Shown here: positions 6,999-15,420 of the stretch, piece by piece | Position numbering within the stretch: the stretch's first letter is position 1 | Layout: each line of letters starts with the position of its first letter | Source of the DNA: a virus | Taxonomy: Duplodnaviria; Caudoviricetes | Length of the DNA: 24,015 nucleotides | Strand: one strand, 5' to 3' | IMG/VR virus record: IMGVR_UViG_3300033981_002233 | Coordinates: 1-24,015 of that record | Notes under the pieces: model-generated | Databases searched by the model: none | What the model was told of the DNA's origin: nothing | Seen by the model: only the letters and a program-made list of their open reading frames with translations | Position numbers and translations under genes: made by a program

Positions 6999-7960
6999 TG
7001 GCGAATACCATTCGCATTAAGAGGCGTGCAAGTGGTGCCGCTGGTGCCCCCACGAGCCTGGCAAATGCCGAACTTGCTTTTAATGAAGTTGATGACGTTC
7101 TTTATTACGGCAAAGGCACTGGTGGAGCAGGAGGTACTGCCACTACTGTTGAGGCGATTGGTGGAAGCGGAGCGTTTGTTACGCTAACTGGCAGCCAAAC
7201 TATTAGTGGTAATAAAACTTTTACTGGCACTGTTTCGTTTTCTGCTGTTAGTGGATTAACTACGATTGGTGATGCCACGATTGGTGGCAATCTTACTGTC
7301 AATGGCACCACTACAACTGTCAATAGTACAACTGTTCTTGTAGACGACAAAAATATTGAACTTGGTAGTATTGCAAGTCCCAGCGATACTACTGCCGATG
7401 GTGGCGGCATCACCCTTAAAGGCTCTACAGATAAAACTTTTAATTGGTCTAATGCCACTGATGCATGGACTAGTAGTGAGCATTTAGACCTTGCCAATGG
7501 CAAAGCCTTTTATATCAATGCCACGCAGGTATTAAGCGCCACTGCCTTGGGCGCGGGCGTGGTTTCGTCAAGCCTTACTAGCGTTGGCACGATTAGTGGT
7601 GGCACGTGGCAAGGCACGGCTGTTGCAGTGGCCTATGGCGGCACTGGTGCTGCCACTGCTTCCGGAGCCCGCACCAATCTTGGGCTGATTATTGGCACAA
7701 ACGTGCAGGCTTATGACGCAGATCTTGCGGCATTGGCGGGCGTTACGTCTGCTGCTGATAAAGTGCCCTATTTCACAGGCACTGCCACGGCTGATGTGGC
7801 TACGCTCACCAGTTTTGGCCGTAGCCTCATTGACGATGCTGACGCTGCTGCTGCCCGCACGACGCTTGGTCTTGGCACCATGTCCACACAGAATGCCAAT
7901 AATGTGAGCATCACTGGCGGCAGCATTGATGGCGTAGAGATTGATGGTGGTTCGTATTAG
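6998..7960 (+). CDS. Tail fibre-like protein
   Basis: MANTIRIKR...LANAELAFNE N-terminal attachment-type motif; GNLTVNGTTTTVNST; YGGTGATASGARTNLGL; C-terminal IDGGSY. Confidence 0.8.
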   Translation: MANTIRIKRRASGAAGAPTSLANAELAFNEVDDVLYYGKGTGGAGGTATTVEAIGGSGAFVTLTGSQTISGNKTFTGTVSFSAVSGLTTIGDATIGGNLTVNGTTTTVNSTTVLVDDKNIELGSIASPSDTTADGGGITLKGSTDKTFNWSNATDAWTSSEHLDLANGKAFYINATQVLSATALGAGVVSSSLTSVGTISGGTWQGTAVAVAYGGTGAATASGARTNLGLIIGTNVQAYDADLAALAGVTSAADKVPYFTGTATADVATLTSFGRSLIDDADAAAARTTLGLGTMSTQNANNVSITGGSIDGVEIDGGSY

Positions 7961-7990
7961 GGCTAAGATGGCGGCAAACGCTTTCTTTCC

Positions 7991-8188
7991 ATGAATCCTG
8001 AACTGTGGCCTGACAAATGGTATGAGCAAAAAATTGAAATGATCTCTGAAGCTCTTCAGGAGCTTCTTACTGATGGCGATGCAGCCAAGGCCAAGCAAGG
8101 GCTGATTGATTCCATTGCTTCGTGGACCAGTTATCACGAAGAGGAACTGGCCAAATGGAACCGGCTTAAAGCTCTTCTGGGCCTTTGA
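7991..8188 (+). CDS. Hypothetical helical protein, 65 aa
   Basis: ATG ORF with protein-like composition filling the gap before the convergent lysis cassette. Confidence 0.6.
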   Translation: MNPELWPDKWYEQKIEMISEALQELLTDGDAAKAKQGLIDSIASWTSYHEEELAKWNRLKALLGL

Positions 8189-8570
8189 GCTGGTAAGTGA
8201 TGCGAAGCTCTCCTCCGAGGGCCTTCACAGCCTCGCTGGCATCCGCTGGCAGGGCTTTCTCAATCATGACAGACGGAACAATGGCATTAGGCAAGGGCGT
8301 GACAATGGCATCAGGAAAAAGCTTTTTAGCTTGATCAGCCAAAGCATTGGCTTTTGTTTCTCTTTCTTTTTTTTCCCATTGTTTTACTAATGCTGCCGCT
8401 TGCTCGTCCACTTTTTCCATGACAATTTTGGTTTTCCATTCTGCCCAATCTGGCCGGCAATAAGCCATGAACATTTTGAACCATGGTTGAAAAGCAAGAG
8501 AGGGCCGTTTTGTAACGGCCCACAGTCCTGCTTCATAGCACAAAGCATTAAACCAGCTTTGGCCGCTCAT
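8166..8570 (-). CDS. Hypothetical protein in the lysis operon
   Basis: ATGA overlap with the endolysin stop codon; 134 aa. Confidence 0.7.
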   Translation of the reverse strand: MSGQSWFNALCYEAGLWAVTKRPSLAFQPWFKMFMAYCRPDWAEWKTKIVMEKVDEQAAALVKQWEKKERETKANALADQAKKLFPDAIVTPLPNAIVPSVMIEKALPADASEAVKALGGELRITYQLKGPEEL

Positions 8571-9511
8571 CCTTCTTGGAAAACACTGGCAAAGACGGTG
8601 CCAGCTTTAGTGAGAGGCAGAATGCGATCACGAAGATCAATATTATGACAGCGCACGCAACCATGCGTTGGGAAAAGAGGTTGCTTGGGTGCCCATGCGC
8701 CAGGCCAGCCGCATGCACTGCCGCCCCCATGAATCATCAGACCGGCGCGGCCAATGCCAGTTTCTTGCCCTTCTAAATCAATTAAATCAAAACTATACCA
8801 ACCGTAGGCCATAAGAGTGCGATCATAGGCGGGCTTATCTTTCTTGCTTTCATAGTCTTTGTAAATGGCACCAATTTTATAAACGCCAGGCGGCGTGTCA
8901 GAATTTTGCAGCTTAAATTCATTGTCAGAATATTGCCCGCGAGCAAGACAAGGAATTTCCCATAAAAATTCGCCTTCAAAATTAAAGGCTTTCATTGTTT
9001 CACTTATGTCATTAACAATGAGATGGGAATCTCCCTTTTTAAAACCAAACTGTTGGGGCTTTTTCTTGGGACCAATCATGATAATTTGCGTTGATTCAGG
9101 GGCATATTCTTTCATTAGCTTAGACAGTTTTATTGGATAGTCAGGATCAGTGGCATAGTGCTGCTCCTTTAATGCACGGGCCGCTGCGTAACGATTGGGC
9201 GCATTGTTGATACCTTTGAAATGACGATAGTCTTTATACCAGCGAGTGACAAGATAATCAATGCATGCAGCAAGGCTGGGAAAATCAATAAAACCAGCCT
9301 TAATGGTCACCCACTGACCGTCGTACCATTCTTGAGTGGTTGTGGCAGTGCCAGGTCCCTTCAAGCCAAGATAATTGTTTTTGCCACTGGTGTGCTTACC
9401 AAAGCCACTTTCTAAGCAGCATTGTGCTGCGACAAGCTCGGGATAGCGAGCGCCGCAACGACGGGCTGTCTGGAAGCATTCATTCCAGAACGCCCTACTA
9501 TCAGCCCACAT
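8567..9511 (-). CDS. Endolysin: GH73 glucosaminidase domain plus YkuD/L,D-transpeptidase-like domain
   Basis: AQCCLESGFGK, NNYLGLKG and YATDPDY (GH73); TPPGVYKIG, MIHGG and THGCVR (YkuD-like His/Cys motif). Confidence 0.88.
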   Translation of the reverse strand: MWADSRAFWNECFQTARRCGARYPELVAAQCCLESGFGKHTSGKNNYLGLKGPGTATTTQEWYDGQWVTIKAGFIDFPSLAACIDYLVTRWYKDYRHFKGINNAPNRYAAARALKEQHYATDPDYPIKLSKLMKEYAPESTQIIMIGPKKKPQQFGFKKGDSHLIVNDISETMKAFNFEGEFLWEIPCLARGQYSDNEFKLQNSDTPPGVYKIGAIYKDYESKKDKPAYDRTLMAYGWYSFDLIDLEGQETGIGRAGLMIHGGGSACGWPGAWAPKQPLFPTHGCVRCHNIDLRDRILPLTKAGTVFASVFQEG

Positions 9512-9520
9512 GACTAAGCC

Positions 9521-9664
9521 TCAGCCCTTCACGCGGAAAATAGTCTTCAGTCCTTCCAGAAGAAGCTGGAGCACGTTGTTGCTTTTCCAAGGGGAACGAT
9601 CAAGAATTTGATCTGCAGCAGCAATTAAAATGCCACCAATAACAAACCATTCAGCGCCGCTCAT
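9521..9664 (-). CDS. Small membrane protein, putative holin, 47 aa (MSGAEWFVIGGILIAAADQILDRSPWKSNNVLQLLLEGLKTIFRVKG)
   Basis: Manually translated; hydrophobic N-terminus, basic C-terminus; directly upstream of the endolysin. Confidence 0.65.
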   Translation of the reverse strand: MSGAEWFVIGGILIAAADQILDRSPWKSNNVLQLLLEGLKTIFRVKG

Positions 9665-9693
9665 TGTTTGATAAGCGAATTTATATTTACAGC

Positions 9694-9903
9694 CTAGCGT
9701 CGAATTTCTAAAGAACGCACCCTAGTTTCAAGAGTGGTGATATTTTCCGTAAGAGTGTCAAGCTTTTCCGTGATACTTTCAATTTGCGTGGCCACCTTAA
9801 CTTGTTGGTTCCCTACTGTAATTAACATTGCTCCAGTGGACAGCAGCATGCCAGCCGTCAATGTGGCTACAAAATTTGCAAGACCTTCTTGAAAATTTTT
9901 CAT
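9694..9903 (-). CDS. Membrane + coiled-coil protein (holin/lysis-associated candidate)
   Basis: One hydrophobic segment followed by heptad repeats (IESITEKLDTLTENITTLETRVRSLE). Confidence 0.65.
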   Translation of the reverse strand: MKNFQEGLANFVATLTAGMLLSTGAMLITVGNQQVKVATQIESITEKLDTLTENITTLETRVRSLEIRR

Positions 9904-9991
9904 TGATAGCAGTGCATTTATTAATTATAAACATTCTCATTGAGGCAAATTGAGCCGTTAGATTAGTGGCAAGAAAATTAAATATGCTCCC

Positions 9992-10471
9992 ATGCAAGTA
10001 GCGAATGGTCCCGATGAGCTGTTACATTCTCTCATTGAACTTCGCCCTGGAGATGCACGACGCCGATTTAGAAAAAGCATTTTTGAAGACTATCCACTGA
10101 AAGGACCGTTCGGGCAGTGTGCCTGTGCCTACTGCGGCAAGTGGAACGAAAAGCTTACTTTGGACCACATTGTTCCCAAAAGCAAGGGAGGTCCACATTT
10201 TGCAAAATATAATTTAGTGCCATCTTGCAAGAGCTGTAATTTAGATAAAGGGGCAGAGCGTATTTTTGAATGGTGGAGGCCGCAACAATTCTGGACGCCT
10301 CGTCGAGAAGAAATTTTGACGAGCTGGGTGCATTGCCATAGCTTTGTCAGTGCCCACACCTCCCTGCAAGATGTGGAAGCATATGCCGAGGATCGCGGCC
10401 TTTATATTCCTTCGCAAGAAAAAGCCCCCATTGTCGGGGGCTTTCTATTAGGAACAGTTTGCGCTGCTTAG
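9992..10471 (+). CDS. HNH endonuclease
   Basis: CAYCG...LTLDHIVPKSKGG...NLVPSCKSCNLDKG. Confidence 0.92.
   Translation: MQVANGPDELLHSLIELRPGDARRRFRKSIFEDYPLKGPFGQCACAYCGKWNEKLTLDHIVPKSKGGPHFAKYNLVPSCKSCNLDKGAERIFEWWRPQQFWTPRREEILTSWVHCHSFVSAHTSLQDVEAYAEDRGLYIPSQEKAPIVGGFLLGTVCAA
10416..10445 (-). terminator. Intrinsic terminator, possibly bidirectional, within the HNH 3' end
   Basis: AAAGCCCCC/GGGGGCTTT stem; U-tract on the minus strand, downstream of the DUF3310 gene. Confidence 0.6.
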
Positions 10472-10839
10472 CAATCGTTGATAGGAGAGAACATGGGCTC
10501 ATCAATGGCCCTTTCTCCAATGCGAGCGCCAGGCATGGGGCAGAAGCCGTCTTTACAATTGTTTTCAATGGCATCAAGGGCTTCCTTCTCTTGCTCCATT
10601 TCCATGGCAAAGATGAGAGCCTTTAGATACCACTTGGCTTTCTTTAAATCTTCCAGGCCGTTTTTATTTTCATAGCGCCAAACATATTTGACGATATTGC
10701 CCTTGAGAAAGCCGCGAAAGGCTTCAGGGCTCATGCAAGCTTCTAGTGCTTCAATGGCCTCGATGCCACCAGATGCATAGTGCATGGGGCTGTTAACTGG
10801 ATCAAACACTTTAGGGCGACCTTCAAAAGGAACAGTCAT
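10468..10839 (-). CDS. DUF3310 protein (T7 gp1.7-like nucleotide kinase family)
   Basis: DPVNSPMHYASGGIEAIEAL...GFLKGNIVKYVWRYENKNGLEDLKKAKWYL. ATG 10839 preferred, to minimise overlap with thyX. Confidence 0.88.
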   Translation of the reverse strand: MTVPFEGRPKVFDPVNSPMHYASGGIEAIEALEACMSPEAFRGFLKGNIVKYVWRYENKNGLEDLKKAKWYLKALIFAMEMEQEKEALDAIENNCKDGFCPMPGARIGERAIDEPMFSPINDC

Positions 10840-11539
10840 TGGCTTCAAAAGCATCAAAAGCCTCTCGGAACAGAGGCCGTGCCAGCAAGGATAGTGCCTG
10901 AGCATAGGCTTGGATTTCACCTTGAGCATCTGCTGGTGAGCGAAGGCTGATGAAATGCAGCAATGCTTGCAAACTACAGGTCCAGGTGAAGGAAGTATAG
11001 AGCGACGTGGGCAGTACGCCACGAGCTTGTTCTTTACTCACACCAAGCGCCATGAGCGTCTGATAAGCGCCTTTGGCGGCCTGCAAGCCCTTGGCATATT
11101 CAATCATGGCTATCTCATTGGAGCGGCCTTCCAGGGGGCCGGCTGAGGCTTGTTTATTGCTATCGCTTTGCTGGCGAAACTCACGAGGCATGTAAAATTC
11201 TTCACTATCAGCTTCACAATATCTAAAGCTTTTTTCGTTCCAGCCCAATTGGTCATTGGCATAAGTGCCGCCAATAACGTGCTTCCACCATTGCCGAGCA
11301 ATGAAGAGAGGAGCTTTTACTTGCCACTTCGTTACAACACCACGGAACGGGCTGGTATGTTGATGCTTAACTAAATAATTCAGGAGTTTTTGGTCTTTCT
11401 CCGACCATTCAGCGCTGCTTTGGCCAAAAGATTGGCGAGCATCGCAGACGATATCAATAGAACTGCCCATCCAGTCAATAAGACGCACAAAGCTGATGCC
11501 ATCGTTCAAAGGATCAATAGAGGAGTTAATGGGAGCCAT
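10823..11539 (-). CDS. thyX: FAD-dependent thymidylate synthase ThyX
   Basis: YLVKHQHTSPF, APLFIARQW, WNEKSFRY, EQARGVLP, FISLR and AQGEIQAYA; ATG 11539 preferred. Confidence 0.9.
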   Translation of the reverse strand: MAPINSSIDPLNDGISFVRLIDWMGSSIDIVCDARQSFGQSSAEWSEKDQKLLNYLVKHQHTSPFRGVVTKWQVKAPLFIARQWWKHVIGGTYANDQLGWNEKSFRYCEADSEEFYMPREFRQQSDSNKQASAGPLEGRSNEIAMIEYAKGLQAAKGAYQTLMALGVSKEQARGVLPTSLYTSFTWTCSLQALLHFISLRSPADAQGEIQAYAQALSLLARPLFREAFDAFEANDCSF

Positions 11540-11810
11540 GAAACAGAGAGGCCGGGCGTAAACGCTGCAAGCTGATTGTAGGCGAGATCTTGGTTTCTGA
11601 ATGCCAGACAACTACTGCCCGTTTCTTTCCACCATTAAAAACAAAACCAATGAGAGTACCGACAATGCTAGTCAGCATCCATCCTGCTGCTGTTGGCTGC
11701 ACATATACCACTTCTTCTCCAGGGCACCATTCGTGATCGCGCGGGGTGTGTGGAAGCTGAAATGGACGGTGCTCCGTAGCTTTAATTACGGCTTTCTTTC
11801 CATCGTCCAC
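11526..11810 (-). CDS. Hypothetical protein (start uncertain)
   Basis: ORF overlapping the thyX start. GTG 11810 chosen because the longer start (11885) overlaps the divergent gene. Confidence 0.55.
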   Translation of the reverse strand: MDDGKKAVIKATEHRPFQLPHTPRDHEWCPGEEVVYVQPTAAGWMLTSIVGTLIGFVFNGGKKRAVVVWHSETKISPTISLQRLRPASLFHGSH

Positions 11811-11873
11811 CTTGTAAACAAACTGTCTGCCATAGCCCCTCCTGGTTAGGCTAAAGCAAACAGTTTTGGAATA

Positions 11874-12245
11874 ATGTCCACGCATTTCTCTATTCCAGTA
11901 GAGTTAAGCTATCAAGGCCGTCCTTACATTGCTGCCATGGGTCCGTTTGAACGCAGTTTAGAAAGAGACTTCGCTTTGGCTGCCAATAAGCGTGCCATTG
12001 CAGAATGCTCTGACGTGGAAAAACTGCGGGAAGTGGCAGTAAATTTAATGGAAGGTTGGTCCAACATGCAAGAGGCTGTGGGCTCGTTGGTTAAGGAAAA
12101 CCTGGAGCTGCGTCAAGCCATGTCCGTGAAAGAATGGGATTTGCAAGCTGCTGCTGAACTGCTCGATGAAGCTACGCAAATGGTCAATGACGAAGTGCAG
12201 CGGCAATCTTCTCAAGCCAAAAGGCGTCTTTGGCCGTTTGGCTAG
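11874..12245 (+). CDS. Hypothetical helical protein; central part weakly NblA-like
   Basis: 123-aa ATG ORF; SLERDFAL...EKLREVAVNLMEGWSNMQEAVGSLVKE. Confidence 0.65.
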   Translation: MSTHFSIPVELSYQGRPYIAAMGPFERSLERDFALAANKRAIAECSDVEKLREVAVNLMEGWSNMQEAVGSLVKENLELRQAMSVKEWDLQAAAELLDEATQMVNDEVQRQSSQAKRRLWPFG

Positions 12246-12543
12246 TCAATAAAAACACTCTCCATCCTCCCATTGTGGCGAGGTTGAACTTTCGGGCATC
12301 ACGCTCATAACCACTGCCGGTAACGTGACGGCCTCGATTGAAAGTTCCGCCTTGGATTTCAATGAGGCTATTGGATGGGAGGTGAGCGAAGTCAGCCCGA
12401 TAACGCTTAGATCGTTTTGATTTTGCATAGCGCTCTTGAAAATCAGCTTCCCAAGTGGGAACATCACTGAATTCTCTGATCAATGTGAGATCGGGATAGT
12501 GAGCTTGCCACAGTCCGAGAAACTGATCTTCAAGGGCACTCAC
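12184..12543 (-). CDS. Vsr/DUF559-like PD-(D/E)xK endonuclease
   Basis: RYRADFAH...IEIQGG...GRH...GYERDARKFNLATMGGWRVFLLT. Confidence 0.8.
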   Translation of the reverse strand: MSALEDQFLGLWQAHYPDLTLIREFSDVPTWEADFQERYAKSKRSKRYRADFAHLPSNSLIEIQGGTFNRGRHVTGSGYERDARKFNLATMGGWRVFLLTSQTAKDAFWLEKIAAALRH

Positions 12544-12546
12544 GCA

Positions 12547-13131
12547 TCAGACGGCAGCGAAAGATACTTTAGCGCCTTGATTCTGATACTTTCCTTTGCC
12601 ATAGGCTTGGCCTACGTCGCCAGAAAGCTGCATAAACATGATTTGCACTATGCCTTCATTGGCATAAATGCGAGCCGGAAAAGCCAGGGGATTGACAATA
12701 CAAATAGTGAGAAAGCCAGACCAACCAGGCTCAATTGGCGTAACGTTAATGATGGTGCCTTGACGTGCATACGTACTTTTCCCATCGCATATGCCCATCA
12801 CATTGTTGGGCATCGTGATGCGTTCAAGACTAACGCCTAATGCGTAGGAAAAAGGAGGCAAAACAAAAAATGTGCTGCCAAGTTCTTCGATAGGCGTGGC
12901 TTCATACATCATGCTCTCATCAAAACGCTTCACATCCAGCGCCCTGACTTCCTGGTTGTTGTTGATGACCATGAAGCCCTTAGGGGACAGGCGAAGGTCG
13001 TAACCAGCGTGCGACAGGCCATAGGACAATGCCTTGGTGCCATTGTCAAGCTCACGGCGCTTTTCGCCAGTGAAGGGAAAGATAATATCGTTTTCAGCGA
13101 GGATGCTGATTTCTTTGTCAGCGAGAAGCAT
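12547..13131 (-). CDS. dcd: dCTP deaminase-family protein (trimeric dUTPase superfamily)
   Basis: LSYGLSHAGYDLRL, GKSTYARQG, TPIEPGWSG, IYANEGIVQ, GKYQNQ; ATG 13131. The catalytic Glu appears replaced by Cys (see findings). Confidence 0.85.
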   Translation of the reverse strand: MLLADKEISILAENDIIFPFTGEKRRELDNGTKALSYGLSHAGYDLRLSPKGFMVINNNQEVRALDVKRFDESMMYEATPIEELGSTFFVLPPFSYALGVSLERITMPNNVMGICDGKSTYARQGTIINVTPIEPGWSGFLTICIVNPLAFPARIYANEGIVQIMFMQLSGDVGQAYGKGKYQNQGAKVSFAAV

Positions 13132-13318
13132 CGTTTGAAGAGCGAGAGAACAAGCCCATAGAGAGCCAAACAAGAATTGCGGCAGGCCAAAAGGGCACAG
13201 ACGGCCAGATTGACTGGACCGCCCATGCCCCTAAACAAGCCGCTCCAAAACTAATGCCTAAAACAATGGCCACTGCCAAAAGGTAGATGGGCCAATCAAT
13301 AGGCTCGGAGCGCTTCAT
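13118..13318 (-). CDS. Small two-TM membrane protein
   Basis: Two hydrophobic segments; tightly coupled within the operon. Confidence 0.7.
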   Translation of the reverse strand: MKRSEPIDWPIYLLAVAIVLGISFGAACLGAWAVQSIWPSVPFWPAAILVWLSMGLFSRSSNDASR

Positions 13319-13320
13319 GA

Positions 13321-13605
13321 TCAGAACAGATCGTCAGAAGACGAGGAGCGGCTGCTGCTGCCAGCGCCGTTGCCATCGTTCTTCCAGAAGCTGGAATAAG
13401 CCTTAGGGCTGTTCTCCATCTTGTTGACGGTCACTTGCCCTTTGAAATGAGGGGAGGTGTCCTTATCGCGCTTGTCGTTGTCCCACAGCGCCACGCGGAA
13501 GCTGTAGTTACCCTGGGCGTTAGGGCCGGCTTTTTTAGCAGCATTAAGAATGTCGGGGGTGAGATCGACAGTGCCGCTAAACACGGGAAGGTTGCCAGAG
13601 GGCAT
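13321..13605 (-). CDS. Putative single-stranded DNA-binding protein
   Basis: Beta-rich core (RVALWDN...SPHFKGQV), flexible G/S linker and acidic-aromatic tail DDLF; lies next to the exonuclease and annealase. Confidence 0.6.
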   Translation of the reverse strand: MPSGNLPVFSGTVDLTPDILNAAKKAGPNAQGNYSFRVALWDNDKRDKDTSPHFKGQVTVNKMENSPKAYSSFWKNDGNGAGSSSRSSSSDDLF

Positions 13606-13676
13606 TGTTTGTTCCTCAAAGGAGTGTAGTGGGCCCTGGACGGGCTGCTCCAGCTTAAGCCCGTTTCACCAAAAGA

Positions 13677-14444
13677 CTATGTCCCGCGATCTATAGAAAT
13701 TGTTAAGGGCATCCCGCCTGGATAGTGGTCGAAGAAATACTGTTGCGTCTTTTGCACCATCAGCCCCGCTTGCATGGCAAGCTCCCCTGCCGACAAGCTC
13801 ACCACTTGCGCTTCCTGACCTTTCTCCGTGTCGGGATCATAAATGGCGATGGCGCAATGCGCTTCATTAATTTCAATGTCATACATCTGCTCAATGGCCT
13901 GCACATAGGCTCCGAGCTGCATGCGATAATCGGCTAGCTGTGTATCAGGCTTTTGCTTGTAGCTGGTCTTCCAATCGAGCAGCGCATAGTCACCATTATT
14001 CATCTTGGCGAGCATGTCAAACGTGCCTGAATAGCCAATTTGTCTGGCATTGTCATACCAAGCGATGGCGCTTTCAATGAGAAGAGGACTATCTACTTTC
14101 TCAAGGAACGATGAAATGGAAGTGAAATAGGGCACGTAGTTTGGATGGGAATCAAGATGACAATTCACATCCTCTCCATTCCATAGATCCTCCAACACGC
14201 CATGCAGCCAATTGCCACGATCTACGGCATTACGAGTGCGGCGATTCGCTTCCGCATCGCCCACTTTCTTGCGCCAGTTCATGAGCGCCGCAATTTTGCC
14301 AGGGGGCGAACACGCGCTCGCAATAGTCGTCACAGAGGGCAAAACACACCCTCCGGGGACATTGGGAAAATCGTCGCAAACGTAGTATCTCTTTTTGTTG
14401 ATCTGCAGCCGGTTGGGTTCGTATCGTGCGAGCTTGGGCATCAT
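13677..14444 (-). CDS. PD-(D/E)xK exonuclease
   Basis: LPSVTTI, WRKKVG, RGNWLH, YSGTFDM, LLDWKTS, QLGAY; ATG 14444 or 14441. Confidence 0.88.
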   Translation of the reverse strand: MMPKLARYEPNRLQINKKRYYVCDDFPNVPGGCVLPSVTTIASACSPPGKIAALMNWRKKVGDAEANRRTRNAVDRGNWLHGVLEDLWNGEDVNCHLDSHPNYVPYFTSISSFLEKVDSPLLIESAIAWYDNARQIGYSGTFDMLAKMNNGDYALLDWKTSYKQKPDTQLADYRMQLGAYVQAIEQMYDIEINEAHCAIAIYDPDTEKGQEAQVVSLSAGELAMQAGLMVQKTQQYFFDHYPGGMPLTISIDRGT

Positions 14445-14476
14445 GAGCCTGTTTAGACACAGATCGTAACAGGCCA

Positions 14477-14719
14477 TCAGCGGCTGCCATAGCTCTTCGT
14501 GCAATAATTTCCATTTTGGTACGTATTAAGCGGACAGCTTGCACCCGGCGATGCTGGTATCGACCATTTGGTGCGATTACCGTAGCTTGGCACGCAATAT
14601 CCAGACGAGGAATAGTAGCCAAGAGGGCAACTATTGCCACTTTGCTGAATAGGAAATGTTTGCGCCAATGCGGAGAATGGCGCTGCTGCAATGCAGCAAA
14701 TGGCGAGAATAGTTTTCAT
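14477..14719 (-). CDS. Secreted Cys-rich small protein
   Basis: Signal peptide MKTILAICCIAAAPFSALA; two CPLxxYxxxxYC repeats; ATGA overlap with the upstream gene. Confidence 0.75.
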   Translation of the reverse strand: MKTILAICCIAAAPFSALAQTFPIQQSGNSCPLGYYSSSGYCVPSYGNRTKWSIPASPGASCPLNTYQNGNYCTKSYGSR

Positions 14720-15036
14720 TTTTCGTTTACGTCCCAAAAGTAATCGCAGCCTTCTTCAGTGAATGGCGGCGTGCCGAAATAGCTTTGCCAACGATCAGCA
14801 GGCGCGAGATAACGCCAACAATTTTCGCGGACAGGACATTCGCCCCCTTCGCACATTGCAATGTCAGGCATGAGGATTTTGTTTGAAATTTGAGCAAGGT
14901 ATTGGCGATCCACAAGAGGATCGTCAGCAAGAACTTTGAAAACAGCAGCAATGCGAAGATCGCTACTGAGGCCATCGTCAGGCCAATTCCAAAATGCCTC
15001 GTGGCATTTGTCAAGGAGGGCTTCATGATTCTTCAT
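14716..15036 (-). CDS. Hypothetical protein with a C-terminal Cys4 domain
   Basis: PDIAMCEGGECPVRENCWRY...QSYF...CDYFW. Confidence 0.72.
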   Translation of the reverse strand: MKNHEALLDKCHEAFWNWPDDGLSSDLRIAAVFKVLADDPLVDRQYLAQISNKILMPDIAMCEGGECPVRENCWRYLAPADRWQSYFGTPPFTEEGCDYFWDVNEK

Positions 15037-15250
15037 GAACGATGGTTGATGGGCGAATACTTTCCATTTCTTCTAGAACGGCAGCAAAACCATCAATAAT
15101 GTTGCTGTCGCAAAAGCCAGCCCCACGGAGGAAGTGGGAAAAGTTTTCAATCACTTCACGACAAAAATTAGTGTCGGAAGTCATGGTTAAATGGAGATCG
15201 CCTTCGCGATAGCCATAAGTCCATTTTCCTATCGGGAAATCATGGTCCAT
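15023..15250 (-). CDS. Hypothetical protein, 75 aa
   Basis: Coupled within the operon; EVIENFSHFLRGAGF motif. Confidence 0.7.
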   Translation of the reverse strand: MDHDFPIGKWTYGYREGDLHLTMTSDTNFCREVIENFSHFLRGAGFCDSNIIDGFAAVLEEMESIRPSTIVHEES

Positions 15251-15363
15251 AGCAAATAAACGAGGAGGGCAACGATAAGGGCAATGAGAAAAACCAAAAG
15301 GAAAAGTCCTAATGGGTCATGAGCCAAATAAGGCGGAAGGAGATTCAGAAATGGGAAGTCCAT
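15229..15363 (-). CDS. Small membrane protein, 44 aa (MDFPFLNLLPPYLAHDPLGLFLLVFLIALIVALLVYLLWTMISR)
   Basis: Manually translated; single strong TM helix; fills the operon gap. Confidence 0.6.
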   Translation of the reverse strand: MDFPFLNLLPPYLAHDPLGLFLLVFLIALIVALLVYLLWTMISR

Positions 15364-15420
15364 CGCTGTCTAAGCACAAGGATCCAGCAAAGGCCCGCGC
15401 AAGGCGGGCCGCTGCCAGGT

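Noticed and set aside
4616-8137. Minus-strand ORFs opposite the tail genes (e.g. 4616-5062, 7105-7503, 7568-8137)
   Set aside because: Shadows of G/S/T/A-rich coding sequence.
11786-11833. AGGAGG-led 15-codon ORF (MADSLFTRWTMERKP) as a programmed frameshift into the 11526 gene
   Set aside because: No clear slippery site or downstream structure; an in-frame GTG at 11810 is sufficient.
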